Notes: generated from the letters alone by a model not told the origin. DNA of 63,901 nucleotides, filler included, from Choristocarpus tenellus KU-1152 (GCA_964200185.2; 14 parts of 14 records of this genome joined end to end with filler, not necessarily neighbours in it), one strand, 5' to 3'. Positions 11,692 through 25,300 are shown, counted from the first letter of the whole stretch. Program-made: numbers and translations.

Positions 11692-11790
11692 TAGGGTTAG
11701 GGTTAGGGTCAAGCCATTTAACTACAAGCGACTCAGTGTGTTCAGGACGGAGTGCTTCGTGCATCAGACCCAAGCAACAGCGTTGGGGCA
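11692..11790 (+). repeat. Interstitial (TTAGGG)3 joined to a ~75-bp Copia fragment
   Basis: TAGGGTTAGGGTTAGGGT followed by ..TTTAACTACAAGCGACTCAGTGTGTTCAGGACGGAGTGCTTCGTGCATCAGACC, homologous to the Copia at ~43960-44030 (minus). Confidence 0.7.
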
Positions 11791-12981
11791 ATACTACCCT
11801 ACCTCATCCAAACACACCTTCACCTCATTGAACATTTGACATCCCAACTTTGACCAGTAGATACTGATCCTCTACCCAAGTCACATCAACGTAAGGGGAA
11901 GGTAGGGATGAACAACAAGAAGCCCTAAATTGCACATCAACAGTCAGGACAATTCATGTTCTGTTCAACCTCCTCTTCCATCACTTGGAAATAATCTCGT
12001 TTTGCCATTTGCAGGCAGGGCACAACAACCATTTAGCACAATAAAACACACATCCTCAAAACTATAATATTACCTTTTCATTCCCAGAGTAAGGAGCCTC
12101 TCCTTTTCCCATACATTTTTCTACACCTTCATCCACTTTATACATCCACCTACACCAGTAGCCTCAAGAGCACCATGTACTGTGATTTCCCTCTGACTTA
12201 TCCTGTCTGAGGTACAACAACTGACCGACTGCTTCCACCCGTGACACATAATGCTACAAAAACCCCACAAATCATCAGAGGGCATTTACTGTGACATTTG
12301 ACCAATATCTAGTTACACCATATATGGGACATAGTGTGGATGTAGACAATAGTACTTTAGCATAGATGTCCTAACACTATGGCCATGTGAAGTGGAACAA
12401 CCCAGCACATGGACCGCCAGTCTTCGAAATAAGTGCAAAACCACTTCTTAAACTCCCCACAGTTGTGGACCCAAACAACCTTTCGCTACTGCTTTCCCCA
12501 AACGGACATTGATAAACCTTTTTGAAACATACGCTCTACAGCTTCCTAGGCCCCAAGAAGGTGCAGTCCAACAACTAGAACATAAAAAACTCTCTTTTTG
12601 ACACACACATTTGTTGGCGTTAAAAAAATAGAAACAAAAATCAGGATTTTTCACCTTTTCTCATCATGTTTGGATCTCTTCACAGGGTCGATTATATCTT
12701 GTTCAACGTTTCAAAATCACATACTGTACATACACAAGCATATGAATACACTTACAGGATCTTGATGGGCACAGAGTGCACTGCATTGGCCCCTCCTTCC
12801 TGCCCCAAAACATTGGCAAGGTGTCCAGGGCCCTAACTACAGTGGGTGGTGAATCAATGCACAAGCAAGCGAGCCAATTGCATCGCCACATCAATCTTCA
12901 ATGTCCATACCCCCCCCACCGCCCCCGCGCCATCACCATCTACCCCCCCCCCCTTTGCCAACAGCGAAGCCCAAACCCGGA

Positions 12982-13081
12982 NNNNNNNNNNNNNNNNNNN
13001 NNNNNNNNNNNNNNNNNNNNNNNNNTTAATTAATTAANNNNNNNNNNNNNNNNNNNNNNNNNNNNNNNNNNNNNNNNNNNN
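12982..13081. other. Artificial contig linker N44-TTAATTAATTAA-N44 (first of 13; others start at 18551, 22267, 25503, 29041, 33045, 35805, 39821, 43192, 46206, 50750, 56159, 61159)
   Basis: Identical 100-nt spacers with a 12-mer giving stop codons in all six frames. Confidence 0.97.
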
Positions 13082-13122
13082 CCCAAATGGACGCGACTCT
13101 ACCCTCTAAGATACTTTGGCTC
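13082..13122. mobile_element. MITE family A end at contig start
   Basis: CCCAAATGGACGCGACTCTACCCTCTAAGATACTTTGGCTC. Confidence 0.85.
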
Positions 13123-14017
13123 ATCGTGGGTGTTGCATTGTGTGCGGACTAGAAGCTCTACGTATGTGTATTTTATCTGTCTCTACGTATATACCCGTGG
13201 TACCGAGCCGCATGACCATTTAGGGTGGTGTAGTTCGCTCATCCCAATCGTTTGTGGGCACCTTGATTACCCATTCCAAAGCATGTTCCTTGGCATCACC
13301 AAAAATTACAACACACTGGCTGAATCCTTAGTTGTTGACTTTGGAAAAAGTGAAATGATGATATTGACTCACGTTTAATGCTTTCCAACACCACTAAAGC
13401 TTGCTAGACGCTCACACCTCCCCACTGTGGACCATGTATATCGAAGCTCCCTGTAAAAAATGTGTATGTCAAACTCATAAATTGGACAACAAAGTCGTTT
13501 AAACAACCATTCCATATGGTTTTCTTGCGTTCTGCTCCGGAGTATCCCTTTGAGCGATTTATATATACTATTGGATGATAATACATTACTACAAGCTCGT
13601 ACTGACGTTCCCCACATGATCGACGAAAACAAACTAGAGGAACTTCAGTACGAACCCTGCTAAATTCTATCAATAAATACTTCGAAGTAGGGAGGAATAC
13701 CAAACTAATATCGATCGGGGTGGAAGATGCACTTGTTCTTGTATACTCGGGTACATAAAACCACAACAGTGAGAAATGTTTACTCCGCCTACTCTCAAAG
13801 CATATGGGTACTTCTGGATAACTTATCGATACATAGCAGTACAAAAAAAAAAAGTAGTGCTATTCCTTCACCGCCAATGCAGCATACTACTGAACCGCAT
13901 ATGTCACTATCCACCAATCAAATACACATACACACGACCTTCCCATCAAACAAGTTACTGCACAAAATTGTTTGTTTGTGCTCTTTGAGTAGTATTCTGA
14001 TATTCGCCTTAGCATAA

Positions 14018-17000
14018 CTATGGGTGGTCAGAATATCGGCACCGTCTCCCACAGCTAGGAACGACCTCCTCTTCAATGCCACCAACTAAGATTCGTACAG
14101 TCAGGCCCCACACCCACATCCAATGTACCCCTTCATCCGTAAATGGCGGTATACATGTGGTTTGGCAGGCATTAAGCCTCGGAACAATTTCCTCAACGCC
14201 ATCGACCACTCCTGTACAGACAGGCCCACATCCCTATCCACTGTTGTACCCTGTGCATGGATGTGTAGGTATAGCTGTTCGTGGCCTTGCCCCCCCTTTC
14301 CCCTTCCCTCGGTCTCCTATCCTTTCGTATCCTCGTAGTGTCCTAGGTGAAGCCTTCGCATTCAGTCCTCATCCAGCCGCAAAACAGGAAGGAGAGCATG
14401 CTTGATTTTTGTACCTGGAGGGATGCTAGGCAGCCAATCCTCCCAGGATGCTTTGTCCTGAAGGTGTTATTGAGTGCATGTACGACAATACAGGATGTAA
14501 GGGTGGGAACCAGGTTCGTTTAAGAGGTGGGGAGGGGGATTATCACTTTAACTTGTCTCTTGAACAGGTTGGAATGCTGAGAAGCACTATCCATTGTCCA
14601 TCATTTCTGCCTTGTATGTCTCGCGGAATGCAATGGACTCTCAATACGGTTATGTTGAACAAAACCTTTGACCCAAATACAGAAGAGATCAACCCTTTCT
14701 CCTGAGGACTTAGAAAAGAAGCTATCCATCCAAGGTCTTAGGCAAATATCGTCATAACAACATTTTCACGGCATTATACACTAAAAAAATCCTACTTTGC
14801 AATGCGCATCAACTTTGGTTGGAATGTGTACTGCCTTTCTATCAGGATAAATGCATATTTGGCATAGATGTCTAAGGATTTGGGAGGTAACAACAGGTGG
14901 ATGAGGTGGGAAGGCAGTTCCCTAGACACTGGCACACTTCCAAGTCTGACGTTGGCAGCATGCTAATTTGTTTCAGCGTCCTTACCTCTATATTGAAGGA
15001 GTCCTCGTGTTCATCATTGTAGGTGCGGACACCGTTGCAGGTGTAGCTGATAGTGAACGCAAAACGCCGATTGTAGCCAGGAGCGGAGTGTACCACCCAC
15101 CCGTCATGGAAGGTCACATCACCTGGGGAGATATATGGGGGAGAGTAAAGGACGGTATGAAATGGCCAATGGTCCACCTGAAAAACTTTGTCAGGATAGT
15201 TAACTTCACCTGACCATGAGGTGTTTAGGTCATGATACGAGAGTCTGGAAAACAGGGTGCGCTCTTCTTAATCTTTAGTAAAGGAGGAAATGTCTGTAAC
15301 ACTTTGTATGCATCAAGTAGATTCCTATGCAGCAACAGAGGAAGATAAATCATTGCATCTGCGGGATTGCCTGTACCCGTCCAGTGTGGTGAGCTTCACA
15401 TATTAAGTATTGGATTGTTCGACCCCTCACTACTGAATGACATCCAAAGTACATCTCAAGAATAGTTGATTCTACAGCATTTAACTCCGAGGAGTAGCTT
15501 GCACATCCCAGAGCAATTATATAATCATAAACATAACTGCCTTGTCGAAGCAGAAGATACATAACAAAACAAGGAACCTAGGCAGAGATGCAGCGAGCAG
15601 TCCTCATATCTGTGCTGACCTGGCTCCAAGGGGGCATGGTTGACAATAGGGTAACGCTCTCCACCGTAAGTTACGGGATCTGTCACCTCATCGACTGAAT
15701 CCATATCATACCAGTGAGCAAGGGCATGGTCCCTGGAAAAGGTAGGGGAGTGTCGTATCTCCAATGTAAGGTAATGATGATACAAGCAATACGTATTGCC
15801 ACACTGAACCCACCAGAAGGTAAACACTTAAGGGGTTGGGGATGCACAACAACACTCCCAGTTGCAAGATAGGGCAGGAAGTTTACACACACTCGGTCTC
15901 ATATCATGCAAAGATTCCTTAGAAGGACCAAAGCTGATCAATATCAAAGATTATATCAAACAGTACAAAATATTGAGTACTATGGGATGGTTATTTAATA
16001 TTACCTCATCATACAGTGAAGTAGAGAGACCAATGCGTAAGATGCAATATTATTTTTTGTGTATGATACAACAAAGATATTGCAAAATATACCTCGACTA
16101 TTTTAGATGTTAAATTTCGATTTGTGAAGACCTATGCAGAACTAACCATCCAGGGCGCCAACATGCTACCGTTCTCTTTTTGTGTGTTGTCGATTATATC
16201 CTTGTACAAACGATTGTTATATAAATTCAAAGTTTGGATATGTATATTTGTAGTATGTGCCTTACAGAGTGTAGTACATAATATCTGTGGCACCACTCAA
16301 AGTAATGTTAGATCCACGCGCAGTATAATAATTACCTGTGGGAGCCACTCATGAACTGGAGTGCAGATCCACCTTCCTCAGCAGAAGCAACGTGATGTAG
16401 GGGAATCCACACGGTCACCTACAACATAGTAAGGGCGTTTGTGTTATTCCTACGACACTGAAGGTATATAGTACTGCTTTGAAAGTAGTTGCTAGTTGAT
16501 GATAGGACTCCTGCTCTGGAAAACCCAGAAGAGTAGGTAGGGTCTATTTCCTATATCCGTCTTTTGTGCATCTCAATAGGTGCAGATACTATAAACCCTT
16601 TTGTTTTAAACCATGGCTATGCAAAAACACCAACCATATAACAACCGTCTAAACAAAGAAAATATATTGTGTGATATAGGTAGGATATGCTGAGAGGAGG
16701 ATCCACAAAGAGATGAGTAAAATACTCAGAATTGTTACAGGTAAACGTTTGGCTCACCAAACGGTTGGTGTCAAGTGGACACATGTTCAGATCTGCGTGC
16801 CAACCAGTCCTTTTTGTGCCGTCAGTTTTCAAGAAGCTCGAGTCCTTGATCGGACAGGAGGGAGCGGTGAGAAGAGAGAGAGTGAGGAAGTCGGGGAGAA
16901 ACGACATCGTAGGGGTATGGAATGCTTGTGAGAGGTTGGGGCTTGATATATTATAATTTCTGTTGTGAAGACGCACTTTCACCCAGCTCCTTCTGGAGTA

Positions 17001-18105
17001 CCATGATGAACAATGGATTGCAGTGTTCAGCATGCCAGGCAAAGGTGCTTAGCCGTACCAAATACGTACCTAACATTGTTTTTGAACATCGTTACTATTG
17101 CTCGTTTGCCACATAGGACAAGCAAAATACCAAGTACATTTCAAAGTGGTTTATGCAACTACTATGATATATGACTGGTTTGCTGCATAGGACAAACAAA
17201 TACCGATTGAATTCCACTATAGTTTACATTATTATCATAAGTAATACACCCAAATAACATGTACCCTGTACATCATTGTAGTTTCTCACATTGCCTTTAG
17301 TACCTGGTACAGGATGACCCCCTCAGGACACCCTAGAAGCTTCTTGGCAGCCAGACCAAGGCGACGGGAGAGGACCACCTTGCGAATACTCTCACTATAC
17401 TTGCCTACTGTACGCCAGAGGTTGAACACCTTATCGTCCATCAGGTAGAGTTGAAATGCGAGTAAAAGTGTTGACAGCACCAGTAGCGAGGACAGGACAT
17501 GAGAAAATATCAGGGTAGCAGCAGTAGGGGAGGTTGCGCAAATGAAAGACCACGGACAAAAGGTGCTGTAGTAGACAATCGGGAATAATGGATCAATAAC
17601 CTATTAAAGGGGTAGGACTTAACTAAGATATATCTCGACTTGGAAAATATAAAATGACTAAATGTAAAAATGATCTCTCAAGTAAGAGTGGAAATGAGTT
17701 CAAGGCACTCAACAAATGACAGAAACGCCCCCGATTGGGAGATACATACGCGCACACACACACATATATATATACATATATGTTTCACAACATTTCAGTG
17801 ATGCTGAAAACGCCAATGGTGGCAAAATAGAAGGGATCTGAGGTTATTGGCTATAGGGTCGGACCACACCAGTCACACACGGGGAATATAGTAAAACCTA
17901 GCAAGCTACAACCAAAGGTTCCCAACCTCATGGACAGATATAGTTTGTCCTCGCTTTACTCTCACCTGGAAGAATGGACCAGGCGGTCTCTTGTAATACT
18001 TGCGAAGCATAGTCTCATAATCATCCTCCTTACCATTCGCTGGCCAGCCAAACCAGTTGTTTGCCAGGGTGCGGATAGATTTTGTGCTCTCCTCTTCCAT
18101 GAAAG
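14018..18105 (-). CDS. Phytanoyl-CoA dioxygenase (PhyH) family 2OG-Fe(II) dioxygenase, multi-exon, 5'-partial
   Basis: Phase-consistent GT-AG exons: ~18105-17966, 17429-17304, 16844-16758, 16418-16336, 15732-15620, 15122-14986, 14457-14415, 14211-14018 (last exon less certain). Motifs: FFQVFNLWR, ILYQDSSFLK, TGWHADL (HxD), VTVWIPL, LQFMSGSHRD, LEPGDVTFHDGWVVHSAPG, RRFAFTISY. Confidence 0.88.
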
Positions 18106-18327
18106 CTAGTTCGTCACAAGGAGGGAGGAAGAGGGAGGATGGAAGAAGGGATGGTCGGTTGTTAGGGAGGGAGCATTTAAGGCATTGAATTATCATAGGT
18201 GAGGATTACAGATTCTTATGCTTTCTTCTGGGTAGAACCTACCAGGCACAATTTATGATGATCTCGACAAAACCAATAAATGTGGAGGTTATCAAAAATA
18301 GGTTAACAGAACTAAAAAACGAACTGA

Positions 18328-18550
18328 GAGCCAAAGTATCTTAGAGGGTAGAGCCGCGTCCATTTCGGGGTCAAATTCCAATGTTCCGATTTTGATGTAA
18401 TTTTGACTATCATGTTTTCGAGGAAGTGTCAATATCCTTGTTCCGGACACACCTTTTCATAACGTGCAAATTTTACCTACTCCGAAACATATCGGAGTAG
18501 GAAAATGTCATAAAACACCTGTGGGAAGCCAAGTCCCAAATGGACAAACA
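18328..18550. mobile_element. MITE family A, truncated by contig end
   Basis: GAGCCAAAGTATCTTAGAGGGTA start plus the internal CCTACTCC..GGAGTAGG hairpin. Confidence 0.9.
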
Positions 18551-18698
18551 NNNNNNNNNNNNNNNNNNNNNNNNNNNNNNNNNNNNNNNNNNNNTTAATT
18601 AATTAANNNNNNNNNNNNNNNNNNNNNNNNNNNNNNNNNNNNNNNNNNNNGATGTGTATCATATCAACAGGAAACAAATGAGTAGCCTATGTTTCAAC

Positions 18699-19202
18699 AG
18701 AGGGTAGAGTCGTGTCCATTTGGGAGCCAAATCCAATAATCCAATTTGATGTAATTTTGGCTATCATGTTTGTTTTAAGATTTCAATATCCTTGTTCCAG
18801 ACACTCCTTTTCATAACATGAACATTTTACCAGCTCCGAAACATTTTGGAGCTGGTAAAATGTCATTGAAGAGTGAAAGTATCTTAGAGGGTACGATTTT
18901 TGCTCTGTTTGTCAGTTTAGGGCTTGGCTTCCCATGTTTTTTTTTTCACGTTTTCCTACTCCAAAATGTTTAGGAGTAGGGAAAATGTGTACATTATGAA
19001 AAGGTGTGTCTGGAACAAGGATATTAACACTCCCTAACAAACACGATATCCAAAATTACATCAAAATCGCAAGATTGGATTTTGGCCCCCAAATCGACGC
19101 GGCTCTACCCTCTAAGATACTTTGGCTCTAAAAGCCCTTGGGAATTCAAGCCCTAAATTGACAAACAGGGAAAACCTCGTACCCTCTAAGATACTTTCAC
19201 CC
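18699..19202. mobile_element. Nested MITEs: family A copy (18871-19128) inserted in opposite orientation inside another family A copy
   Basis: The outer copy is interrupted just after its hairpin and resumes at 19129 to end TACTTTCACCC. The inner copy has both TIRs. Confidence 0.85.
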
Positions 19203-19511
19203 AATAGGGGGAGTGAGTCGTGGATATACACAAGTCATACCTTGATCTCCTGTGAGATCTTTCGTTGCAGGTCCCCCTCCACAACAGGGGTGTATGCGTA
19301 AACGAACTGATTCCGCGTAACCTTGGTACTGTGTGAGTTGAGGATACAAGGGCACTTCCAGATGGGATGAGATTTCCAGTGGCGCTTCTCACATATACCG
19401 TCCACACAAGAACGTTTGTAACCACCTTCTAAACCGCCTGTGGACTCTTCACCGAGGGACTCTAGTACATTCTTCTCGCACCTTTTGTGATTTGATTTTA
19501 TGGGCGGTTAT

Positions 19512-19776
19512 AAGTGAAAATATATGAGAGGGTACGAGTTTTTCCCTGTTTGTCCATTTAGGGCTTGGCTTCCCACGAGTTTTTACTGACATTTTACCAA
19601 TTCCAAAAGTTTTCGGAGTAGGTAAAATGTATACGTTCGTTATGAAAAGGTGTGTCCGGAACAAGGATATTGACATCTCCTAACTGACATGATAGTCAAA
19701 ATTACATCAAAATTGCAACATTGGATTTTGTCCCTCAAATGGACGCGGATCTGTACCCTCTAAGATACTTTGACTC
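19512..19776. mobile_element. MITE family A, complete, degenerate left TIR
   Basis: Collinear with other copies; flanks TTAT/TGAT. Confidence 0.88.
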
Positions 19777-20168
19777 TGATCTTTTGTCAGTGTCTGGGTT
19801 TGGGTATGAGATTGCGTGTTACTTAGGAACGCCAGGCACAATTGGCATATGTGTGTATGATGACAAGATCAATGTAAATCGAAAGCAGACACCTGGCGTG
19901 CGTGTTTGCATCGGGAGATCATGGTATCTACGGTACACGTCGTGGTGGTGAAATTGTTGAAGAGATTGTTGTAGCCTCAAACCATAACTTAAAGAAGGAT
20001 TTCCGTTATATTAGCAGCGCTCTAGAGTGCAGACTTGACTTCCTCGGAGCCGCATCCTTTGGCCCTGTTGGAGAAGTTGCAGCTGCCTGCACAACCTCGT
20101 TACCCATCATTGCCAATCATCACCCTCGGTTGTAGTTTGTTCCAGTGCTCCCTCAGGCACTGAACCAG

Positions 20169-20455
20169 AAGCGAAAAAATAATCTTAGAGGGTACGAGTT
20201 TTGCCCTGTTTGTCCGTTTGGGACTTGGCTTTCCATAGGGTTTTATTAACATTTTCCTATTCCGAAATGTTTCAGAATTGATACTATTTATACGTTTTGG
20301 AGTAGGTTTCATGTATAAAACTATGAGAAGGTATGTGTGAACAAGGGTATTGACACTTCCTGACAAAAACGATAACCAATATTACATCAAAATTGCAACA
20401 TTGGATTTTGGCCCCCCAACTGGACGCGGCCGTACCCTCTAAGCTAGTTTTACTC
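20169..20455. mobile_element. MITE family A with a small insertion in the hairpin
   Basis: Collinear with other copies; degenerate TIRs. Confidence 0.85.
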
Positions 20456-20519
20456 AGAAGGTCGCCGGCCACCATGTGGTGAATGCAAACGCATGTTCTG
20501 TATTGTGTGCAAGAGAGCA

Positions 20520-21990
20520 CGAAGAGAAATGGTGTGTGTGTTTTGTGGTGTGCGGTGTATGAGCCAGTATGGAATTCGACAGCTGAAATTAGTACGGAAC
20601 CATGGACTCCTTATGAAGTACTATTTTCTAGTTCCCTATATGTGAAACGATTTCTTCCAGCAAACACCTTGGTGTGGCCTTTGTAATGTAGAACGGCCTC
20701 AATTTCACGAATGGTGACAGAAAGGATACGGTCCGGACGTTGCCTCCATCTCAAATCTCTCCCTCAAGTTCGCGTAGACATCCTCATCCATCCCGATCGG
20801 TACCCTGTTGGTACATGGGTGCCAACATACGTCTAATTTCTTCAGTTTCATTAGATAATATTGAACATCGTGTGGCGATCCAGAAGTAAGTTATAAAGGA
20901 GGATGCACCACACTTCGAGCGATATGAGTGATTTATGTGCAATATCTCTGAGCGTGCCATTAAAACAGTGCATCTGGATGGCACACGTTCTTGTTGGTGT
21001 GTGGATTCAAGGAGTGCTGCCCTTTGTCGAATCATGGAACGTGATTGGGTCATGGGGCATGGCGGTGCTGTTACAGGCGATATGTCTTGATGGCGGTTTC
21101 ATAAACACCATTATGACCTTGAAGTCCTAGATTTGATATATTTGTACTTCTTGACTATATATTTATTATTTGGTCATTATGGTCCCCGATTATGATTAAG
21201 ACGTTGTTGATCAGTTCCTTTTTATACAATGATATTGATGATAAACCAAGCGAGAGATCCAGTATGCTTGACGACTTGTGCATCAGGAGTCCTATACGTG
21301 CATCAGTACCATCTATAGCCCTGTAGGTTGGAGCTATACATCCTGTGGAGGTATGCTTTTGGGGTGTGTCATAACAGAGAGATTCTACTGAGACTTCCAT
21401 CGTGTAACATGGAGGTCCTACCGCCTCTCTTCAAACTGGAGAGAGTTCTCAGTATTCACCTCAGCAATTAGGATTCTTGGTAGCTCCCTACAATAGCCTG
21501 GAATTTTTTTTCACCTGGTTCGGTGATCTCCTTGGGTGGCTCTGGATCACCTTCATCGTCTACGGGACTTCCTTCTGCTTGGCCTCGTCGTCTCCGTGGG
21601 TGTGTTGGCATCTGTGGCTCTGAGTGAACCATTATCCTTCTATAGCTGTACAATGAGCGGTCTCTGACTGCCACATCATCCACCTATAGTCTTAAACGAG
21701 TGGTTTCTGACCGCCATGGTAAAGACGTTGCCTAGGTAGTTCTTCCTCGCCATTCGCACACTCACATTCCTGATCTGTTTTTCAAGTGTCACGGTGTTCT
21801 TTTACTTCACAGGTTTCGCTGGGAATCAGTAATTCGGAGAGGTTCCAACCCAGGGCCAGACTTTGCCAGAATTCTTATAGCATTCGTGACGGCTCAATGC
21901 GTTTATGCATCGCGTCGACGCATCAATAACTTAACCCCTTTCCACATTCTCAAAAGAAACGAGGAGATATGTCGATCATTGTTGGAATCC
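20520..21990 (-). mobile_element. Heavily decayed Ty3/Gypsy pol (RNase H, integrase, possible chromodomain)
   Basis: Broken frames with KNYLGNVFT..NHS (RNase H-like) and LRPFY..LEEIVSH. The segment ~21210-21285 is homologous to ~61030-61120. Confidence 0.5.
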
Positions 21991-22002
21991 ACGAGTTTAG
22001 TT

Positions 22003-22250
22003 GGAACTGGAATCCCTATGTTGGAAACAGCCGGCAGAGTCGGAACAGAGTGGAACTGGAGTCCCTATGTTGGAAATAACTGGCAGAGTCGGAACAGAGT
22101 CGGAACTGGAGTATATATGTTGGAAACAACTGGCAGAGTGAGAACAGAGTCGGAACTGGAGTCCCTAGGTTGAAAAAAAATGGCAGAGTCGGAACTGGAG
22201 CCCCTATTTTGGAAACAACTGACAGAGTCGGAACTGGAACCCCTATGTCG
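22003..22250 (+). repeat. Minisatellite, ~6 units of 39 bp (GGAACTGGAGTCCCTATGTTGGAAACAACTGGCAGAGTC), three units lengthened to ~50 bp by a GGAACAGAGTC duplication
   Basis: Read directly from the sequence. Confidence 0.9.
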
Positions 22251-22366
22251 CCATGTGGCAATTAATNNNNNNNNNNNNNNNNNNNNNNNNNNNNNNNNNN
22301 NNNNNNNNNNTTAATTAATTAANNNNNNNNNNNNNNNNNNNNNNNNNNNNNNNNNNNNNNNNNNNN

Positions 22367-25300
22367 CAATTGTTAAAATTGGTTGCCTCCAAAACATAAA
22401 AAAAAATGGGGTTTCTTGAACAGTGGTATTGTAGGCTGTATTATGTGCTAGCTGGACAAAGGGCAATAATGAGGCCCAGACAGATTGGTCCATATTTGAA
22501 TACATGGCCAGCATACCATGCATTGTAGAATGAATTCGTTCACATATACTATTGCCTTGCGGTCGATATGCCATTGTCTTGGTTTCATGATATCATACAC
22601 TTTACGCAACTCAGCCAGGAGCTTATTCACAAATTCTTCGCCTTGGTCAGAGTGGAGTATTTCAGGAGGACCAAAGACGGAAATAATGCGGTCGACGAGA
22701 GCTTTAGCCACGGAGTCGAAGTATCTTAGAGGGTAGAGCCGTGTCCGTTTGGGGACCGAAATCCAATGTTGCAATTTTGATGTAATTTTGGCTATCATGT
22801 GTTTGTTAGGAAGTGTCAATATCCTTGTTCCAGACACACCTTTTCATGTATACATTTTACCTACTCCAAAATGTTTTTCGGAGTAGGTAAAATGTCATAA
22901 AAAACCCCGTGGCAAGCCAAGCCCCAAACAGACAAACAGGGTAAAACTCGTACCCTCTAAGATACTTTCACTCCACGGTTTTTTCTTGCTTATTTGCAAT
23001 GCCAACCAAGATTGCGAATCTTGTAAGATGGTCTACAGCGGATAGCACATATTTTGCACCGTCTGACGTGGTCTTATATTTAACTAGGTCAATAGCAAGT
23101 CGTTGAAATGGACGTGTGACAGGCATATGTCCCGTCGGTAGTGGGGTGAGAGCGTGCGAGGTCTTACGCCTTTGACAGGACTGGCAAGTTTCACACCACT
23201 CCCTAACGTCTTTATGTAAGGTTGGCCACCCAAATCTATCACGAACTCGGTCAAAGGTGTGCTTGAAAGCAAGATGGCCGGCAACTTTATGGTCATGTAG
23301 GCGTGTAAAATCAAACCCTGAAACTCTGTTGGGGCTACTAACTGATCTCGAAATTGTCCGTTTTTTCGAAAGTGACCCGGTTGATACGACGGGTAGAGTA
23401 AAAGTCTATTTTCTCGTTCTTGAGGTAAAAAATATGACATGGTTTAGGCCATTTCCTTAATAGGTAATGCTGTATTGGTGGGGTCTACCAGGTATTGAAA
23501 ATAAGCTTCATACTGCTCATGTTGGGCCTTGGCTAGAATATCCGTATCAATTACAGGAAACACATTGATGGAGCTTGCAAAGAGCTCAGAGTCATTTGCC
23601 ACTTTAGTAATTTCAGCTAGTCGATCCACAGACAATTCATAGGCAGGGTATACCTTACTTGCTTGCGAACTTGCATCAGTGGTTTTTGTACCCACATTTC
23701 GACATATAGGACTTAGGGGTGCTGGTTCAGATTCATGTTTACAAAATTCTTCCAGTTGAGGACGTGACAACATATCTGGGATGTAATGTAATCTGCCAGG
23801 CTTATGAAGGACGGTAAAATCAAAACGTTGCAAAGCTAAGGCCCATCGAGTTAACAGATTGGACGTATCTTGCATCGTATGCAGCCACCGTAAGGCTGAA
23901 TGATCAGTGATAACTGTGAAATGTTCACCCCAAATTTATGGTCTCCAATGTTGGATTGCCAGAATAACTGCAAGGCAATCTTTTTGTGTGGCAGAATATT
24001 TACGTTGGGAGGGGGAAAGTAAGGCACTATGGTATGCAATTATATCGAAATTGTCATCTTCATTTTTTTGTGCTAAAAACGCCCCTGTCCCAACATTACT
24101 GGCATCTACATGAATAGAAAAATCCTTAGAAAAATAAGGAACGTGTTGCACTGGAGCTGTTGATAACAGTCGTTTGCATTCGTCAAAAGCAGTCTGCTGT
24201 GGTCGATTCCATCTAGATGAGATATGCTTGTGGTCTTTCTTTGTTCGTTTTACTGAGGTCTCTTTGTGTTACTTTACTTTCTGTGTATGGCGAATCAATT
24301 CCACCAACGGTTCTGTTGCAGTTGCTAAGCGGGGAATGTACTTCCCAACAAAGTTCATTGAACCTAAAAACGATTGTAAGCCTTTCACAGTTTGAGGAGG
24401 ATGCATCTCTAATATAGCTTCAACTCGAGCTTGGGATACAGCAATTCCTTGTGGGCTAACACCATGTCCCAAATACTGGATTTGTTTTGAGCCAAATTGA
24501 GCCTTGGACGGCTTTAACGTAACCCCTACATCTTGTAACATTGACAAAACTGTAGTGATCAACTGTTTATGGTGTGTCCATGATGGGGAGGCTAAAACAA
24601 TATCGTCTAAATATATCAACAACCCTGAGCTAGGACCGATACTGGAAAAGATTTCAGACATAAAGCGTTGGAAGATCCACGGTGCATTTTGTAGTCCAAA
24701 TGGTAACCTCTGAAACTCATATTTCCCATCCAGCGTGATGAAGGCAGTTTTTTATCGTTCGCATTCATCAGTGATCGGTAGTTACCAGTAGGCTGATTGA
24801 ATATCTAAACAAGACAAATATTTTGAACCCCCAAACGTGGATAAGCACTCATCCATGGATCGCAAAGGCCATGAATTACGTATCAAATGTTTATATATGG
24901 TTCCTCTAAAATCCACACAGAATCGAGGTGATTCATCTGGTTTGGCAACAATGGTAACAGGGGATGCCCATGGGCTAGGCGAGGGTTTAATAATACCCTG
25001 ATTCTCCGTATCAGTTACGCATTGTCGAATAGTGTCGACTATTTTTGGTGCCACGCGATACGGTGGTCTACTAACAGGTTTAGTGCCTGGTTGTAGTGGA
25101 AATGTAACAGAAGTAGTGGTACAGCAACCTAATTCTTTTTCGGACGATGAAAAGACTGGTTTGAATTTAGCCACAATATCTAGTAATTCTTCTTGTTCAG
25201 ACAGTGTCAGTTGAGTATTTGTAAAAGCCTTCTTAGAAAAAACCTACTTCAATTCCTCCCTAACCTGTTTCAGTTCTTCAGGGGTAGATGGTGTGGCTGC

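Noticed and set aside
104-18105. Cyclase plus PhyH as a mycosporine (mysA/mysH) gene cluster
   Set aside because: The genes are on different contigs joined by an artificial linker, the cyclase looks EEVS-type rather than DDGS, and no O-methyltransferase or ATP-grasp ligase is seen.
22003-22250. CRISPR-like array
   Set aside because: Units are contiguous tandem copies without unique spacers, there are no cas genes, and the context is eukaryotic.
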